From positions 504,758 through 568,757 of the forward strand of contig OZ025688.1 of NCBI GenBank assembly GCA_964019335.1: a stretch of DNA of 64,000 bases, written 5' to 3'. The notes below the pieces were generated by a model. The model had not been told where the DNA came from. It did not search any database and saw only the letters and a program-made list of their open reading frames with translations. The position numbers were made by a program, and so were the translations under genes. The stretch is from Diplonema japonicum (lineage: Eukaryota; Protista; Euglenozoa: Diplonemea). Positions 1-11,665 of this stretch are shown here, piece after piece (within the stretch, counting starts at the first letter, position 1; the number at the start of each line of letters is the position of its first letter).

Positions 1-1
1 T

Positions 2-571
2 GTGGAAGAATGGAGACGCGAGAAGGCGGAGCTCAAGGACGAGGGGCCGTACATGTACACAGTGACACTGCCGACAGCAGCGGACTGCGAAGAAATTGTT
101 AAGCAGGCGGAGAACGGTCTTGACGAGGTCGTGACGCTGGGTCTGGTGGAAGGCTCGGCGCCGCCGCCTTACTCTTCTTTCATTGACGACGAACACGTGC
201 TTGTCTCGTCAGAGCTTCTACCCCTCGAACCCTTCAAGGACGACCTTTACGAGAATGTCTTGGCAAGGGAAGAGTGGCTGCAACGTGCACGCACCCGACC
301 TGCCCCTGTGCGACCACAGCCGTTCGCAGATGCCCCTTCTGGTGTGGATCCTTTCGTAAGGTATGCTTTATTATTTTTAACACACACCACCGTCATAGGC
401 AGCTTCGCAGTGCAGAGCACAACGTTCACCAAGTGTACTACGAATACAGTGGGTCCAAGAAGGTATGTTGCACCCCCCTAACACCCCGCCCCGCAGGCCC
501 GATACATCGACTCTCCCCACGAAGGCACGCAGATCATCAGCCGCTACAACAAGCCAAACGAAGAGCCTTGA
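2..571 (+). CDS. 3' part of a hypothetical protein (5'-truncated by the window edge); exons 2-360, 399-462, 497-571
   Basis: Open frame from base 2. Introns GTATG...ATAG (361-398) and GTATG...CGCAG (463-496) join the frame to ...PFVRQLRSAEHNVHQVYYEYSGSKK|ARYIDSPHEG...EEP* (TGA 569-571). Confidence 0.7.
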
Positions 572-684
572 GGCACGTCACCGTACTGATAATAAGGGGA
601 TGGGTAGTGTGCAACTTCATTTCAGTCATTTGTCTACAATACCTGCTCGCGTACCTGCGTACGAAGCCACACAGGATCCAACAG

Positions 685-3525
685 ATGAGCTACCAAGCTT
701 GTTTGACGAGCGCAACAAAAGCGCTAGAAGCAGATGAACGGGGACAGGTGGATTTGGCTATTGAAGCTTACAAAAAAGCGGTGGAACAGATGATGCTGTG
801 GTCACACAAGGAGACAAACACGGACAAGAAAGCTGCGTTGAAAAAGAACATGACACGCTGTCTGGACAGGGCAGAGGAGCTGCAAGGCAAAGAGACGGTT
901 GCAAAGGCGAAAACCTTGGCTGACAAGGCAGGGCAACTAGAAAAGGATAAGAAGTACAACGAAGCGAAAGCATGTTACATAAAAGCGGCGGAGATCTTGT
1001 TCGAATATAAAAAGACGCAAAGGCAGAAGGACGTGCAGCTCGCAATCAAGCTGCAGATCGACAGCCACATGAAGTCTGCGGAGCTCCTCACGCTCTTGTC
1101 GGCAGCACCTATTCCAAAGCACACCCCTGAGGGGGAGTACAAACCAGCACCGCCGACCCCTCAAATGAGCATTGCCAATCTTAAAAAGCCAGAACAAGGA
1201 CAGGCTGCTCACCTGCAGCAAAACAACTTGTCTGCAGAAGAGTATGCGTTCCTTAAAAACGAAGGCTCCTTGGTGTGCGGCTCGAGGCTGCCTATGTGGG
1301 ACGACAGGGAGCAGGGGTACCCTTCGGTGCACCCGCTCACCTCGCCGACTGTTTTCACAGATCCTGCAGCCCCTAAGTTGTCACAAAAGCAGGTCGAGCA
1401 CGGTGCTGTTTGGATGCGGCCTACGGAGTTTCTCCCGAAGGGAGTGCCCCCATGTATTGTAAGCGCCAAGGTGGACCCGTTATCCATCTCGCAGAGTGTG
1501 GTGGGCAACTGTTCTTATGTGTGCAGTCTGATTGTCGCAGCCGCCTTTGAGCAGCGTTTCCCCACAGCGAAACTAATCTCATCTGCTATGTTTCCACAGG
1601 ACGCGTCGGGACGGCCGGTGCCCAACCCTTCTGGAAAGCATGCTGTGAAGCTCCTTGTGAACGGCATAGTGCGGATGGTGATCATCGATGATAGGGTGGT
1701 GGCCTCCAAGGGCAAAGGGTGGGTAGGCGGCCCTATGGGCGGGCATGCCATCGACGTCCAGGGCCATTCGCCTTTAAGCGGGCACTGTACCTCTGGAGAC
1801 TTGTGGGTCGCATTGTATGAAAAGGCCTTCCTTAAAGTGTTTGGGGCAAGCTACGAGTTTGGAGGCAGCAGCTCATGCTCTGACCTGTATCATTTGTGCG
1901 GGTGGATCCCTGAGTCTATGGATATGGACGAGTCTTTCAACAAACAAGATGAATGGAAGCGATTGTCCACAGCACATCACAAGGGACAGGTGATGACCAC
2001 TATGGGAACAGCACCGAAGGGGAAGATGCCAGAAATTTGGAGGGAAAAGCTCGGGCTCATTGCGGGGCACGCGTACAGTGTTTTGGACTACAAAGAGGTC
2101 AACGGCTTGAAACTGCTGAAGATGATGAACCCGTGGCAACAGCACCGATGGACGGGGAGGTACTCCCACAAAGACAATGTGAACTGGACCCCAGCACTGC
2201 AAAAGGTACTGCAGTACGACAAACGCCAAGAGGACAACGGAGTCTTTTGGATCGACTGGAACGACGCCACCAAGTTCTTCGAAAGGATCAACCTGTCATG
2301 GATGCCACACACCTTTCCTTACAGGTTCGCTCAGCACCTCAACTGGAAGAATAATATCTCCGAAAACCACCACTACTTCCGGTGCCCGCAGTACTCTCTC
2401 ACTGTTGAAGCATCTGCTGCCACCTCAGTATGGGTACTGCTCTGTCGTCACATCCTTGCAAAAGCAGAGGAAGAACATCCTTTCATCACTATCCATGTCT
2501 ACAACACCACGGGGCTTCCACCCGTGCGCATTGCCACGCCCTACATGCTCGGAGAGGGCAGGCTGTTGCACAACGGGGTTTACAAAAACGCTTCCATGAA
2601 GCTGCACCGTCTTGAAATCCCTGCAGGGCACACCTCATACACGGTCATCGTGTCAAGTTTGTCGACTGCTCCATTCCCCCACACGCTGACGGTGTACAGC
2701 CCTCTCAAGACTATTCAGATTAAAAAAGTGCCCGAGAAGCCATACCCCCATGCAAAGGAAGTGAAGGGGGCATGGACGAGTGAGTCTGCGGGCGGTCGTG
2801 CGGGGCTGCCGACGTGGAAGAAAAACCCACAGTACCGCGTGGTGGTGAAGGAGCCTGCTAGGATTATCGCTACGCTTGAGATCGCGAAAGAGATGTCAGT
2901 AGGGATGTCTATGTCGTGTGTGGGCAAGGAGACCCTCGTCGCACAGGGCACGCACTGGCAAGGCAGGCTCGAGAGCATACAACAGATTAAATACAGGAAC
3001 GGCAACTACGGCATGGCTATGGCGTGCTTAGATACAATGTGCCCGCCCGACGAGAACGAACAGCCGAAAGGAGAGCTTGTACCCCCTGGGGTGTACACCA
3101 TTGTGCCGTGCACATATGAGGGTGGGCTCGAGGCACCGTTTAAGTTAACAGTGTACTCAAATATCGCCAGCTGTGCAGCATCACTTGTGCCTATCGGCGA
3201 GGAGGGGGCCGGGATGAAATATAAGGAACTGCGCGGTGAGTGGACTGAAGGGGTGAAGACGGTCACCTTCAAGATACACTCCTTTTCGCAGATCACCTGC
3301 CGCCTAATTGCCACGTCCACACAACACCACATCTCCGCAACGCTAGCTCTCAACGATGTAAAGGCAGCGCCCTGCTCCTTGTCGGAGTACTTGCTCCCCC
3401 TTACAGCTTTCCCCCACCCCGTCTCTTCATCCTCTCCCGCAACTCTTACTGCCACCGTGCACGGCACCCAGCCTGGTTCCTTCGTTATTCGGTGCTACAC
3501 CAACACCGACCTGCAGCTCCGCTGA
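685..3525 (+). CDS. CAPN7: Calpain-7/PalB-type cysteine protease (2 MIT domains, CysPc, domain III repeats)
   Basis: N-terminal MIT-like helices (A..ADERG....A..AY..A); catalytic triad motifs QSVVGNCS, GHAYSV and MNPW; domain-III motif GAWTSESAGG..KNPQY. ATG 685 directly follows CAACAG; the ORF-track extension to 274 overlaps the upstream gene's introns. Confidence 0.9.
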   Translation: MSYQACLTSATKALEADERGQVDLAIEAYKKAVEQMMLWSHKETNTDKKAALKKNMTRCLDRAEELQGKETVAKAKTLADKAGQLEKDKKYNEAKACYIKAAEILFEYKKTQRQKDVQLAIKLQIDSHMKSAELLTLLSAAPIPKHTPEGEYKPAPPTPQMSIANLKKPEQGQAAHLQQNNLSAEEYAFLKNEGSLVCGSRLPMWDDREQGYPSVHPLTSPTVFTDPAAPKLSQKQVEHGAVWMRPTEFLPKGVPPCIVSAKVDPLSISQSVVGNCSYVCSLIVAAAFEQRFPTAKLISSAMFPQDASGRPVPNPSGKHAVKLLVNGIVRMVIIDDRVVASKGKGWVGGPMGGHAIDVQGHSPLSGHCTSGDLWVALYEKAFLKVFGASYEFGGSSSCSDLYHLCGWIPESMDMDESFNKQDEWKRLSTAHHKGQVMTTMGTAPKGKMPEIWREKLGLIAGHAYSVLDYKEVNGLKLLKMMNPWQQHRWTGRYSHKDNVNWTPALQKVLQYDKRQEDNGVFWIDWNDATKFFERINLSWMPHTFPYRFAQHLNWKNNISENHHYFRCPQYSLTVEASAATSVWVLLCRHILAKAEEEHPFITIHVYNTTGLPPVRIATPYMLGEGRLLHNGVYKNASMKLHRLEIPAGHTSYTVIVSSLSTAPFPHTLTVYSPLKTIQIKKVPEKPYPHAKEVKGAWTSESAGGRAGLPTWKKNPQYRVVVKEPARIIATLEIAKEMSVGMSMSCVGKETLVAQGTHWQGRLESIQQIKYRNGNYGMAMACLDTMCPPDENEQPKGELVPPGVYTIVPCTYEGGLEAPFKLTVYSNIASCAASLVPIGEEGAGMKYKELRGEWTEGVKTVTFKIHSFSQITCRLIATSTQHHISATLALNDVKAAPCSLSEYLLPLTAFPHPVSSSSPATLTATVHGTQPGSFVIRCYTNTDLQLR

Positions 3526-3978
3526 GTCGTCATGCTTCCTGAAGGGGTCTTGCCCACCCTTCGTCTGCTTCTTCTCATTCCAAAAGAAAAACGAAAGAAA
3601 GGGAAAAAAAGGGGGGGCTTTATTTGTTTCCGGTGATCCACCATTCTAAGTAGCCTGGTTTTCTTCAGTTTATTAGAGATTTCAGAATTATGCCGAGTTT
3701 AAGATCCATCATGCATGACCTTAAATGGAAGCATAGCAGTGGCATTAATGAAGTCGATACATAACTGACCTGTCGGGTTAACACAAGCGCTGCTTAAATA
3801 AGCAGATTTTGTTATTAATCTTTCCATTCTGGTGGACGAAAAAGCTTATGGCAAAACGTTAGAATCTACGCCGGAAAGAGAGGGAAAAGAAGTTTTACGT
3901 TAACAGGAATCGGTTGTTTGTTTTCCCAGCAAGATCCCTGCAGGAGAGGGGGGGAGGCAGGGGAGGTTTTTACAAAAG

Positions 3979-4848
3979 ATGGAAGACAGACAGAACACAA
4001 TGGATAACCTGCTCTTGGATTTGAAGAATATGTGCGAAGACGAAGGAGTAGAGTACGAGGCAAAGAAGGAAGAGTTGATGGAGGAAGAAAAGGCGGTGAT
4101 AAGGGAAGTGGCGGAGCTGGTGTGTCAGAGTGCGATGAAGTACTCACTCCCGAGGCAGGTGGTGGAGGCAGCTATGCTAGATGAGGTAATGGCGAAAGGT
4201 TTCCCGAGTGGATCAGTCCCGCTAGAGGTCATGGGACATGGGAACCAAGAGTACGCAGCAGCTGCCGACCGTATCGAAGCAGCAAAGAAGGAGCCTTTTC
4301 GACACGCACGCCTCTCTGTGACCCTCCCGGCCATTCTCCGATCGTTCCCCAGCCCTGCCAAGACAAACACTGTGAGGCTCTCCATGTACTATATCAAAAC
4401 AGCGCAACGGCATTGCCAAAGCTCATCTCTCATTTTGGTACTTAAAGCGCTCGACGACCTTCCCGCTCCTCTATGTACCATCCCCCCTATTTACATATTG
4501 CAGGTCCTTGACTATTTCTTAAAGCTCACCCCCCCACATGGTATGCCCTTTTCATGACACAGCTGAACAGGCGAAACCTACGACGTGCAACACGAGGAGC
4601 TTATCATCAGAATCGCCGACAACGTCATAGCAGCGAACGCCTCGTTGCCAGCTGCGATAAAAGCCGCCGCTGCACAATTGTATGATTTTTTTATATAAAG
4701 GAGAAAACCCAACGTTTATAGGACCGCTGAAATCCTTTACAGCTGGCTGCAGTGCGGGTACCTCCGTCACGTCATGGAACAGGTGTCCGTGAGCACAGAG
4801 CTGAAGGGGCTGCTTGTCGGCAAGGTGGACGCACTGTCGGAATTGTAA
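3979..4848 (+). CDS. Hypothetical helical protein; introns 4541-4570 and 4680-4721
   Basis: ORF from ATG 3979. Two GTATG...AG introns extend the frame to ...GKVDALSEL* (TAA 4846-4848). Confidence 0.7.
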
Positions 4849-4916
4849 CATCTTTATTTATGCTTCAGAGAGCCTGTTGTAATATGTAAAAATACAGGGA
4901 CCACTCTTTGTATCTG

Positions 4917-5675
4917 ATGGAGTGTCCTGTATGTTACGAGGCGTTCGGTCTGCACGGTGCGATGGTGCCGTACAGGCTGCGGTGCGGCCACGCACTGTGC
5001 ATGGCAGACGTGAAAGGGATCGTTGCTGTGTCGGGGTGTGTGTTCCCATGCCCCATGTGCCGTACACGGTGCTCTGAAGATGAGCTTGTCATCGCCGATG
5101 ACATGCTACAGGTTATCAACGACATGGAGGGGGATAAGGCTTGCACTGCATGCAAGAAGTTCTACGGGCATGCAGGCGGACAGTGTTCGAGATGCTCCGC
5201 TGGGTTGGACGAAAAGGAGGCAGTACTGAAGGACGCAGAAGACAGAGAAGCCCTGCCAGACCTGGACAGGGTGCGGGGCAGAGACGGCTTCCTCAACCCG
5301 AAGAAGGAGAAAATGTTTGAAAAGATCCTTGCTACCCGACCTGGGATCGAAGACTTTGTGCAAGCCTTAACAAACTTGGAAGTGTCAACAATGATGGCAG
5401 AACAGGCAAAACACATCCTCAATACAGTGGCGACATGGTCGCCCCCACGTTATCTCTTGGTCAAATATCATCATGCCACTCTCTATAAGGTTCTCGACAC
5501 CTGGAACCTCTCAGCGGACGAAGACGTAACTTGTGACTACGCAACATACCGCCCTTCCCCCACGTCTTGTAAGTTCCTTGACACAGTAGCGGCACGTTGC
5601 AGAAAAAACCCCACTACTTGGGTTCCTATTGAGCCGCCTGTTGAAGTCCGCAAGTTTTGGGGTAAACCATCATAG
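4917..5675 (+). CDS. RING-finger protein with a second, A20-like Zn finger (putative E3 ligase)
   Basis: CPVC-x-CGHALCMAD-x-CPMCR RING-HC pattern, then CTACKKFYG..QCSRC. Confidence 0.75.
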   Translation: MECPVCYEAFGLHGAMVPYRLRCGHALCMADVKGIVAVSGCVFPCPMCRTRCSEDELVIADDMLQVINDMEGDKACTACKKFYGHAGGQCSRCSAGLDEKEAVLKDAEDREALPDLDRVRGRDGFLNPKKEKMFEKILATRPGIEDFVQALTNLEVSTMMAEQAKHILNTVATWSPPRYLLVKYHHATLYKVLDTWNLSADEDVTCDYATYRPSPTSCKFLDTVAARCRKNPTTWVPIEPPVEVRKFWGKPS

Positions 5676-6104
5676 CCAGCCAGGTACTTTTGTTAGGTGG
5701 TGCATCAAAAAAGAAAAAGAAGAAAATAATGGATTGAGTTTACTTCTTCTTGTTTTTAGCAATTCCACTGTCGAAAATGAAAACTAGTTGTTGGTAAGGG
5801 AGCGACGGAAGAAAACTCTGACCAACACCATTTCTCTGTTCAGGAGAGGTGTAACCCACCAGCTGAGCCACCGGTTACTTCCCACCCGAGGGTTGCCCTA
5901 TGCCGTACAAACCAATATGGGTATTCAACTCAGCCTTTAATGCTGTTCCTATGTTAACTCACAGAAGACAAGGAGGATACCCGGGCATAGTTGTGGGACG
6001 GGATGATTCGATTTAGCGTTCTTTCTAAAATGTAACGACCTATCCCCATTCCCATTCTTGTTTTTCTTCTTCCGCGATGCCTAGTAAGCCCTTCAGGATA
6101 AAAA

Positions 6105-8290
6105 ATGCACGTCTCGTGTAGGAACAGGGGGATTGTCGAGCTTGACCTTCAGAGCGTGTTTGCAAATGACCAGGAGCGTGGGGCGTTGGCTGTGGTGAAG
6201 AGCTTGGACTTGAGTCACAATGAGTTGAGTCAGCTGGGAGGCCTCCAACCGTTTAGCTCACTAGTGGCTCTGGACTTGAGTTACAACAAACTCATGTCCC
6301 TCCACGGCCTGCCATTAGGCCTCGTGAGGCTCAATGTTTCGAACAACCAGCTCAGCAGCATCGAAGGCCTTGCGACGCTTCCCCTGCTGCAAGACTTGGA
6401 CGTGTCTAATAACAAGCTGACGAACGTTAACGGGATCCAGCGCAGCTCGCCCCTCACCAGCCTCAAGCTAGGCAACAACAGACTGTCATCGGGGAAGGGC
6501 ATCGAAGGACTGCAGCACCTTCAAACCCTCGAGCTCCACGGGAACTACATCAACGGGGTAGAGGACCTCACGATGCTCAGCACCAACAGGAAGCTCAAAA
6601 ACCTGACCATCAACAACAACCCTTTGACGCAGGTCGCTACGTACAGAAGTGGGTTCACCAAGATGCTGGGTGCCCTGCTCACCCTTGATGGATCGGCCGT
6701 GCAGCGTGTTGAGGGCGACATGGCGAATAGCTCTTTTAACACAAGCATGACGCCCAGCAGGAGGGGGTCGGGCGACCTTGGCGGTGCGAAGCCTCTCGCG
6801 TCGGTAGCGTCACTGGGCAGCGCTAGGGGCCACACACGACCTGCCTCGCCTTCTAGTAACGCCAACCGCTCCCGCTCCTCGACACCTGTGAGGTACGCAT
6901 CCTCGGGTCAAAGGCCACACACCCCAACCAACATCCCAAGCAACGCTTCCATGCACAGCAGGGCCCGCACACCTACTACTATGATGAACAGCACCATGGA
7001 AGGCGCCCCCAGCTCGAGGACACCTGCCAAACCAGGCACTCCACGAGGACAAACCCCTGCAGGGGCCACTTTGAATCAGTCAGCGATTGTGAACCAATCT
7101 GCTGTCACAAATACTCCACAACGCGCACCCCTTAACTCCTCACTAGCCTTCGATTCTGTCAAGCAACGTGCTGACTCCCGACGCACTGAGCTCAACAGTT
7201 CGAAGAAACAACTCGAGCTGAATGTTGGCGAGCTCCAAGCGCTGCTGGAGGAGGAGTACCAGCTTACAAGCGGTTTGCAAAAACAAAAAAAGAAACTAGA
7301 GGCCGAGCTGAGCGAAACGAAGAAAGTGCTTAGTGAGGAGCTGCAAAAGATAACAAGCATGGCAGAGGATAACCAGGAGCTGAGGGCGCAATGCGAGGAA
7401 ATGCAGGCACTGAACGTCAAGTGTCTGAAGATACATAAGCACTCAGAGCTGAAACTGAAAGAGGAAAGGGCGCGGAGAATAGGCGATATGGACAAGCTGA
7501 AGTCGTCACATAACGTGGTGGTGGAGGGGCTGAGGCACAAGATGCAAGACGGGGCAGAGTCGCTGAAACAAAGCGAAGAGACTTATAACTTATGGGTTCA
7601 GGAGAAGACGAAGCTGCACGAATATATTCAAATACTGGAAAAGGAGAACTCCAGCCTTGCTGTGAAGCTGAGCAAGTACGAGAACGCGGCAGCCGACGCG
7701 CAGCACATGGCGGCGAATGAGTTTTCGGGGATGGCGTTGTCACCGGTGAAGAAGTCGCCAGCGACACCCAAACATGAACATGAACATGAACGGGATGATG
7801 CAATTGACATAACAGAAAGCAGTCAGCTGCAGGAGAGGGAGTTGAGCAAGTTGGAGGTACAAGTACAAGAGGCCCCTACAGGGATGAGTGACGCAAGGCG
7901 GCTGATCGAAATGTCCAGAAATATGAATGCAAACAGGGGATCGCGACCAGCATCTGTCGCATCAGCTACAACACCTAAAGCGGGAGCCAACGATATCCAG
8001 TGGGCAGGCCCTCCTTCTGATGTCGGCTCCACTGTGTCAGAAACAGCAAACATCCAATTTGCGATCCATATGAAAAAATTGATTATCGACGAACTGGGTA
8101 AGAAACCAACGCCCACAAGGCAACATCCCACCAACCCTCCCTTGAGGCAGGCCCAGCCAGAAGGCTCCATCCCCACTGTCGAAGAATTATGGTATTGTTT
8201 TTTTTTTCTTCTTCCCTTCATAACTTTCTTGTACGCTACAGGTCCCGAGGGAACTCAATACTGTATAACCAGAGAAGCGCAATGCATTAA
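6105..8290 (+). CDS. Leucine-rich repeat plus coiled-coil protein (SDS22-like LRRs, possibly centriolar/flagellar); intron 8192-8241
   Basis: Repeated LxxLDLSxNxL units and an LRR cap (NPLTQVATYR), an S/T/P-rich linker, then coiled coil. Intron GTATTG...TACAG gives a ...WSRGNSILYNQRSAMH* end. Confidence 0.8.
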
Positions 8291-8943
8291 TGAGGTTTAT
8301 CTCCCCCTTTTTTTTAGATAGATATGTCCCATTGTCTTCCCTCCCCCTTGTTACCCGTTCCTGAAACCCCAGTGTACTCATTATCACCCTCTATTGCAAT
8401 TGTACCATCATATAACACGGTCGCAACAGCCGATTTGTTTTAGTAAGGCTACGGTCCATACCTTCCCTTCGACAAGGGCCGTCTGCAGTCTCACAAGGAG
8501 TTTGCATTGTGACATCGATCCCCCCCCCCTCCTATTTTCCTCCTTCTTTTCCTTCTCAAAGAAGAAAGAAAAACGGCAAAGGGAAAAAAAAAAAGGGTAG
8601 GGACCGGGTTTTCCTAATTTTTAACACCCCCCTCTTTTTCTTTTGTTTTGTGCTTCCCCCTTTTTTTTTGTTCTAAACACCAGACCCTTCCACAGCCCCT
8701 TTTTTCTCACTTTTTTTTTTGTAAGAATGAGTCTGTGACTTGTCTAAACAAAAGGGGAACGTTAGCAACGTGTTTTCGGGTTTACAAACTTCTCCAGGTT
8801 TTACCCGGCACGTACAACAACGGCCAGTTCCTCTTCTTTTTTTTTGTATTTTTTTTGTTTTGTTTTGTGTTTTGTTTTTGAAAACTTTATCGCGGGTCCA
8901 ACTTTTGCCAGACGAGCGAGAGAAAAAGAAACGGGGCAACAAG

Positions 8944-11574
8944 ATGGGGGAGAAGGTTCTAACCGCCCTGACGAAGATGAAGGCAAAGGCGAAGTTTAAA
9001 CCACGAAAGGTGAAGGAAAAAGAAAAGGAGAAAGAGAAGGAAAAGGAGAAGGAGAAGGAAACAAAAGACGAGGGGAACGAAGTTATATTGAAGATCGGGG
9101 AACATTCACAGCTTCTAACACCCAGAAGCGATCGAATGCCGGGATCAAGAAGGAGCACCAGTTCCATCAAACATGACATCGACTACGCCCACGTCATGCA
9201 TTTGGAAGAGAAGGTAGCAAACATGCAGCATGAGCTAACCGAGAAGATCCTTCAGATACAGCAAGACAAAAAGCTCCTACTGCACAAGGACAACTGTCTC
9301 GCAGCAGTACGCACCAAACACCACGTGGAAAACAGCAAACTTAAGACACGTGTCGCCGACCAAGCCCAACGATATGACCAGGCCTTGGGCGAAGTGCAAA
9401 AGCTCACAAGAAACCTGCATCTCCGTGAGAAGGAGGTGGAAACCTTCGAAGAAACGGTAGGCTTCAAAGTCCGAACAGAGGTTGTCAAGATCATCCGCCG
9501 CCTTCGAGAGGCCTCGAGAGGGCACAGCAGCAACAGAGGTGTCTTCGAGGAGCTGAACAAACTGGAGGCAAATGAAATCCATGAGCTCTCAAAGCAAGAG
9601 CTTCCAGAAGAGTCTAGTTCACAGTCCGCCGAATTGGAAATCTTCCGTCTATCGCGAGTCGTTGCTGAAAAAGCTGACGAAGTGACAGACCTCACCACTA
9701 AACTTTCAATATCGGAGGGGCGCAACAGTGCCCTAATGGAACGTGTGGAAGACCTGATTAAGGAGGCAGCTGCGTCTGTGCCTTTAGCAGATGTCCTCAG
9801 TATCCGCAGCCAGATCAGTAGCCTCGTGCACGAAAAAGAAGTTGTGCTAACTACCGTACATGAGATGTTGTCCGAGGGTGTGCTCTGCGACATGGAAACT
9901 GTGCTGATAGATAAAATAGAGGAGCGAGAAGCCCCTCTTATAGAAGCTTTGCGTAAGGCAGAGGAGGTGGCAAACAAAGCAGAACTCAAACTGTTCAACA
10001 TAGAGAAGCGGCTCGAGAAGTACAGGGCAGTACCAGGAAACATCGGCTCCATCAACAATGCACTGGGCGAAGAATTCGAGGTAAACGTGGATCCCGACTT
10101 CGCAGGTGAGGCTGAAGACGTAGCTTTGGAGCTGCTTCCTATGTTCCCGCGTGCTGTGGCGCATCTGGTGCAGATGATAATCAGACTAAAAGGAGAGATT
10201 CAGAAGCTGCAAGGTGAAAATGAAGAGCTGAAGACAGAAGTGACGAACAAGGTGGAGGAAGTGGCTGATGCACGGAAGGAGCTGGAGTACGAGAAGAAAC
10301 GAAATGCCGAACGTATCAAACAGTACGCAGTGCTGAAAGTGGCCAACGACGCGCTGAGGGGCGAGGTCAGCAGGTACAAGAGCGAGGTGTCTGCACTGTC
10401 GGAAGAGCTGCGCACCAGTCACGACATGATGTCGCAGCTAGAAGAGCGGATCTTGAGTATCTCAGCAGAGCTGGAAGATGAGATCAGCAACCTCAAGAAC
10501 ACTGTCAAGCAGAAAGAAGATTACATCATAGAGTTACGGAAGCAGAAGGTGGCGGCACTAATGTCGCTGGCACAGACTGAGCAGAAGTACCTTGAGTACA
10601 GGAAGCAGGCGGACAATGGAGTTGCTACGCTGCCCATCGATAAGGAGCTCCACGATGGGTATGTACAGGGCCTTGGCATTCAGCTTGAGAAGCTGGAAGA
10701 GTACCTGTCGAGAAACCCCCTGTGCTGCAAATCGATAACCACATTGCCCGCAATGCTCACATCGGCAGTTTTGTCCATTGTAAGGATAGGTGAAAAGGCA
10801 GGTGTAACACTGCCTGGCGGCTTCGTGAAGCAGAGGACGCGAATGGTGCAGTGTGAGATCATCCTTGCCATCAACTCGAACGAAGTAGCTAATGTGGTGC
10901 TGACACTGGTAGCGGCGATAGGGATGGTGATGGCTTCAGACCCGTACATCACCTTCAGGTGGAAGCAGCGGTACGAGGAGCTGCGAGGCGTGAACAAGAT
11001 GGAGCTGGAGAAGGTGGCAAGGTTGCTGCAGGTGGAGTACAGCAGTGCAGTGGCTGCGGACAACGCATCGCTGACGATGACATCCTTGGCGAAAATGAAG
11101 AATCTGGACAACCTCATGCGGCTTAATTACATGGACCTTGAAGAAAACATAGAGCGGGAGCAGGTCAACAAAAAAAGGCGGGGCCTTGCGTACCGCCTCA
11201 GCACGCCACCTACGCTCATCACCACTAGCAGCACCTCGGGCTCCATCCCAAACGCCAAATGCGGCATGCCTCTACCAACATCAGTTCGTCCTGTAAAAAG
11301 GTTTGTACCCATGAAGCGAGACCAGAAGTACCTCGTCCCGCAGGTCGACTCCGTCATCCCCCCCGTCACCTCATCAGGCCCCACAAGGGTGCCATCCCCC
11401 ATCACCCTGGCCAGCACAGCCACTACGCCTTTTATAGACAACGACCCCCCCTCCCCTTTCCCCGCGGCAGCCCAACGACACATCTTCAAAATGAGACCGC
11501 ATACCAACATCCCCTTGGAAGGAACCCCCCTCCCCTTGGTCAGCAAGCACGACTGCGTCACTGTGCGCATCTAG
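8944..11574 (+). CDS. Long coiled-coil protein, function unknown
   Basis: Uninterrupted 2.6 kb ORF with E/K/L heptads and a (KE)n tract near the N-terminus. ATG 8944 is preferred to the low-complexity extension from 8740. Confidence 0.8.
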   Translation: MGEKVLTALTKMKAKAKFKPRKVKEKEKEKEKEKEKEKETKDEGNEVILKIGEHSQLLTPRSDRMPGSRRSTSSIKHDIDYAHVMHLEEKVANMQHELTEKILQIQQDKKLLLHKDNCLAAVRTKHHVENSKLKTRVADQAQRYDQALGEVQKLTRNLHLREKEVETFEETVGFKVRTEVVKIIRRLREASRGHSSNRGVFEELNKLEANEIHELSKQELPEESSSQSAELEIFRLSRVVAEKADEVTDLTTKLSISEGRNSALMERVEDLIKEAAASVPLADVLSIRSQISSLVHEKEVVLTTVHEMLSEGVLCDMETVLIDKIEEREAPLIEALRKAEEVANKAELKLFNIEKRLEKYRAVPGNIGSINNALGEEFEVNVDPDFAGEAEDVALELLPMFPRAVAHLVQMIIRLKGEIQKLQGENEELKTEVTNKVEEVADARKELEYEKKRNAERIKQYAVLKVANDALRGEVSRYKSEVSALSEELRTSHDMMSQLEERILSISAELEDEISNLKNTVKQKEDYIIELRKQKVAALMSLAQTEQKYLEYRKQADNGVATLPIDKELHDGYVQGLGIQLEKLEEYLSRNPLCCKSITTLPAMLTSAVLSIVRIGEKAGVTLPGGFVKQRTRMVQCEIILAINSNEVANVVLTLVAAIGMVMASDPYITFRWKQRYEELRGVNKMELEKVARLLQVEYSSAVAADNASLTMTSLAKMKNLDNLMRLNYMDLEENIEREQVNKKRRGLAYRLSTPPTLITTSSTSGSIPNAKCGMPLPTSVRPVKRFVPMKRDQKYLVPQVDSVIPPVTSSGPTRVPSPITLASTATTPFIDNDPPSPFPAAAQRHIFKMRPHTNIPLEGTPLPLVSKHDCVTVRI

Positions 11575-11665
11575 TTGCCATTTCTATCGCAACATACCTC
11601 AGTTTTGTTTCAGGTTTTGTTTTTAAGGGTCTGTAGTTTTATATCACAGGAAAGGGGCAGGCACC

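Noticed and set aside
274-684. ORF-track N-terminal extension of calpain (likewise 8740, 15505, 20685, 33685, 55219, 55932, 62796)
   Set aside because: These run through introns or low-complexity spacers upstream of the AG acceptor and ATG; not protein-like.
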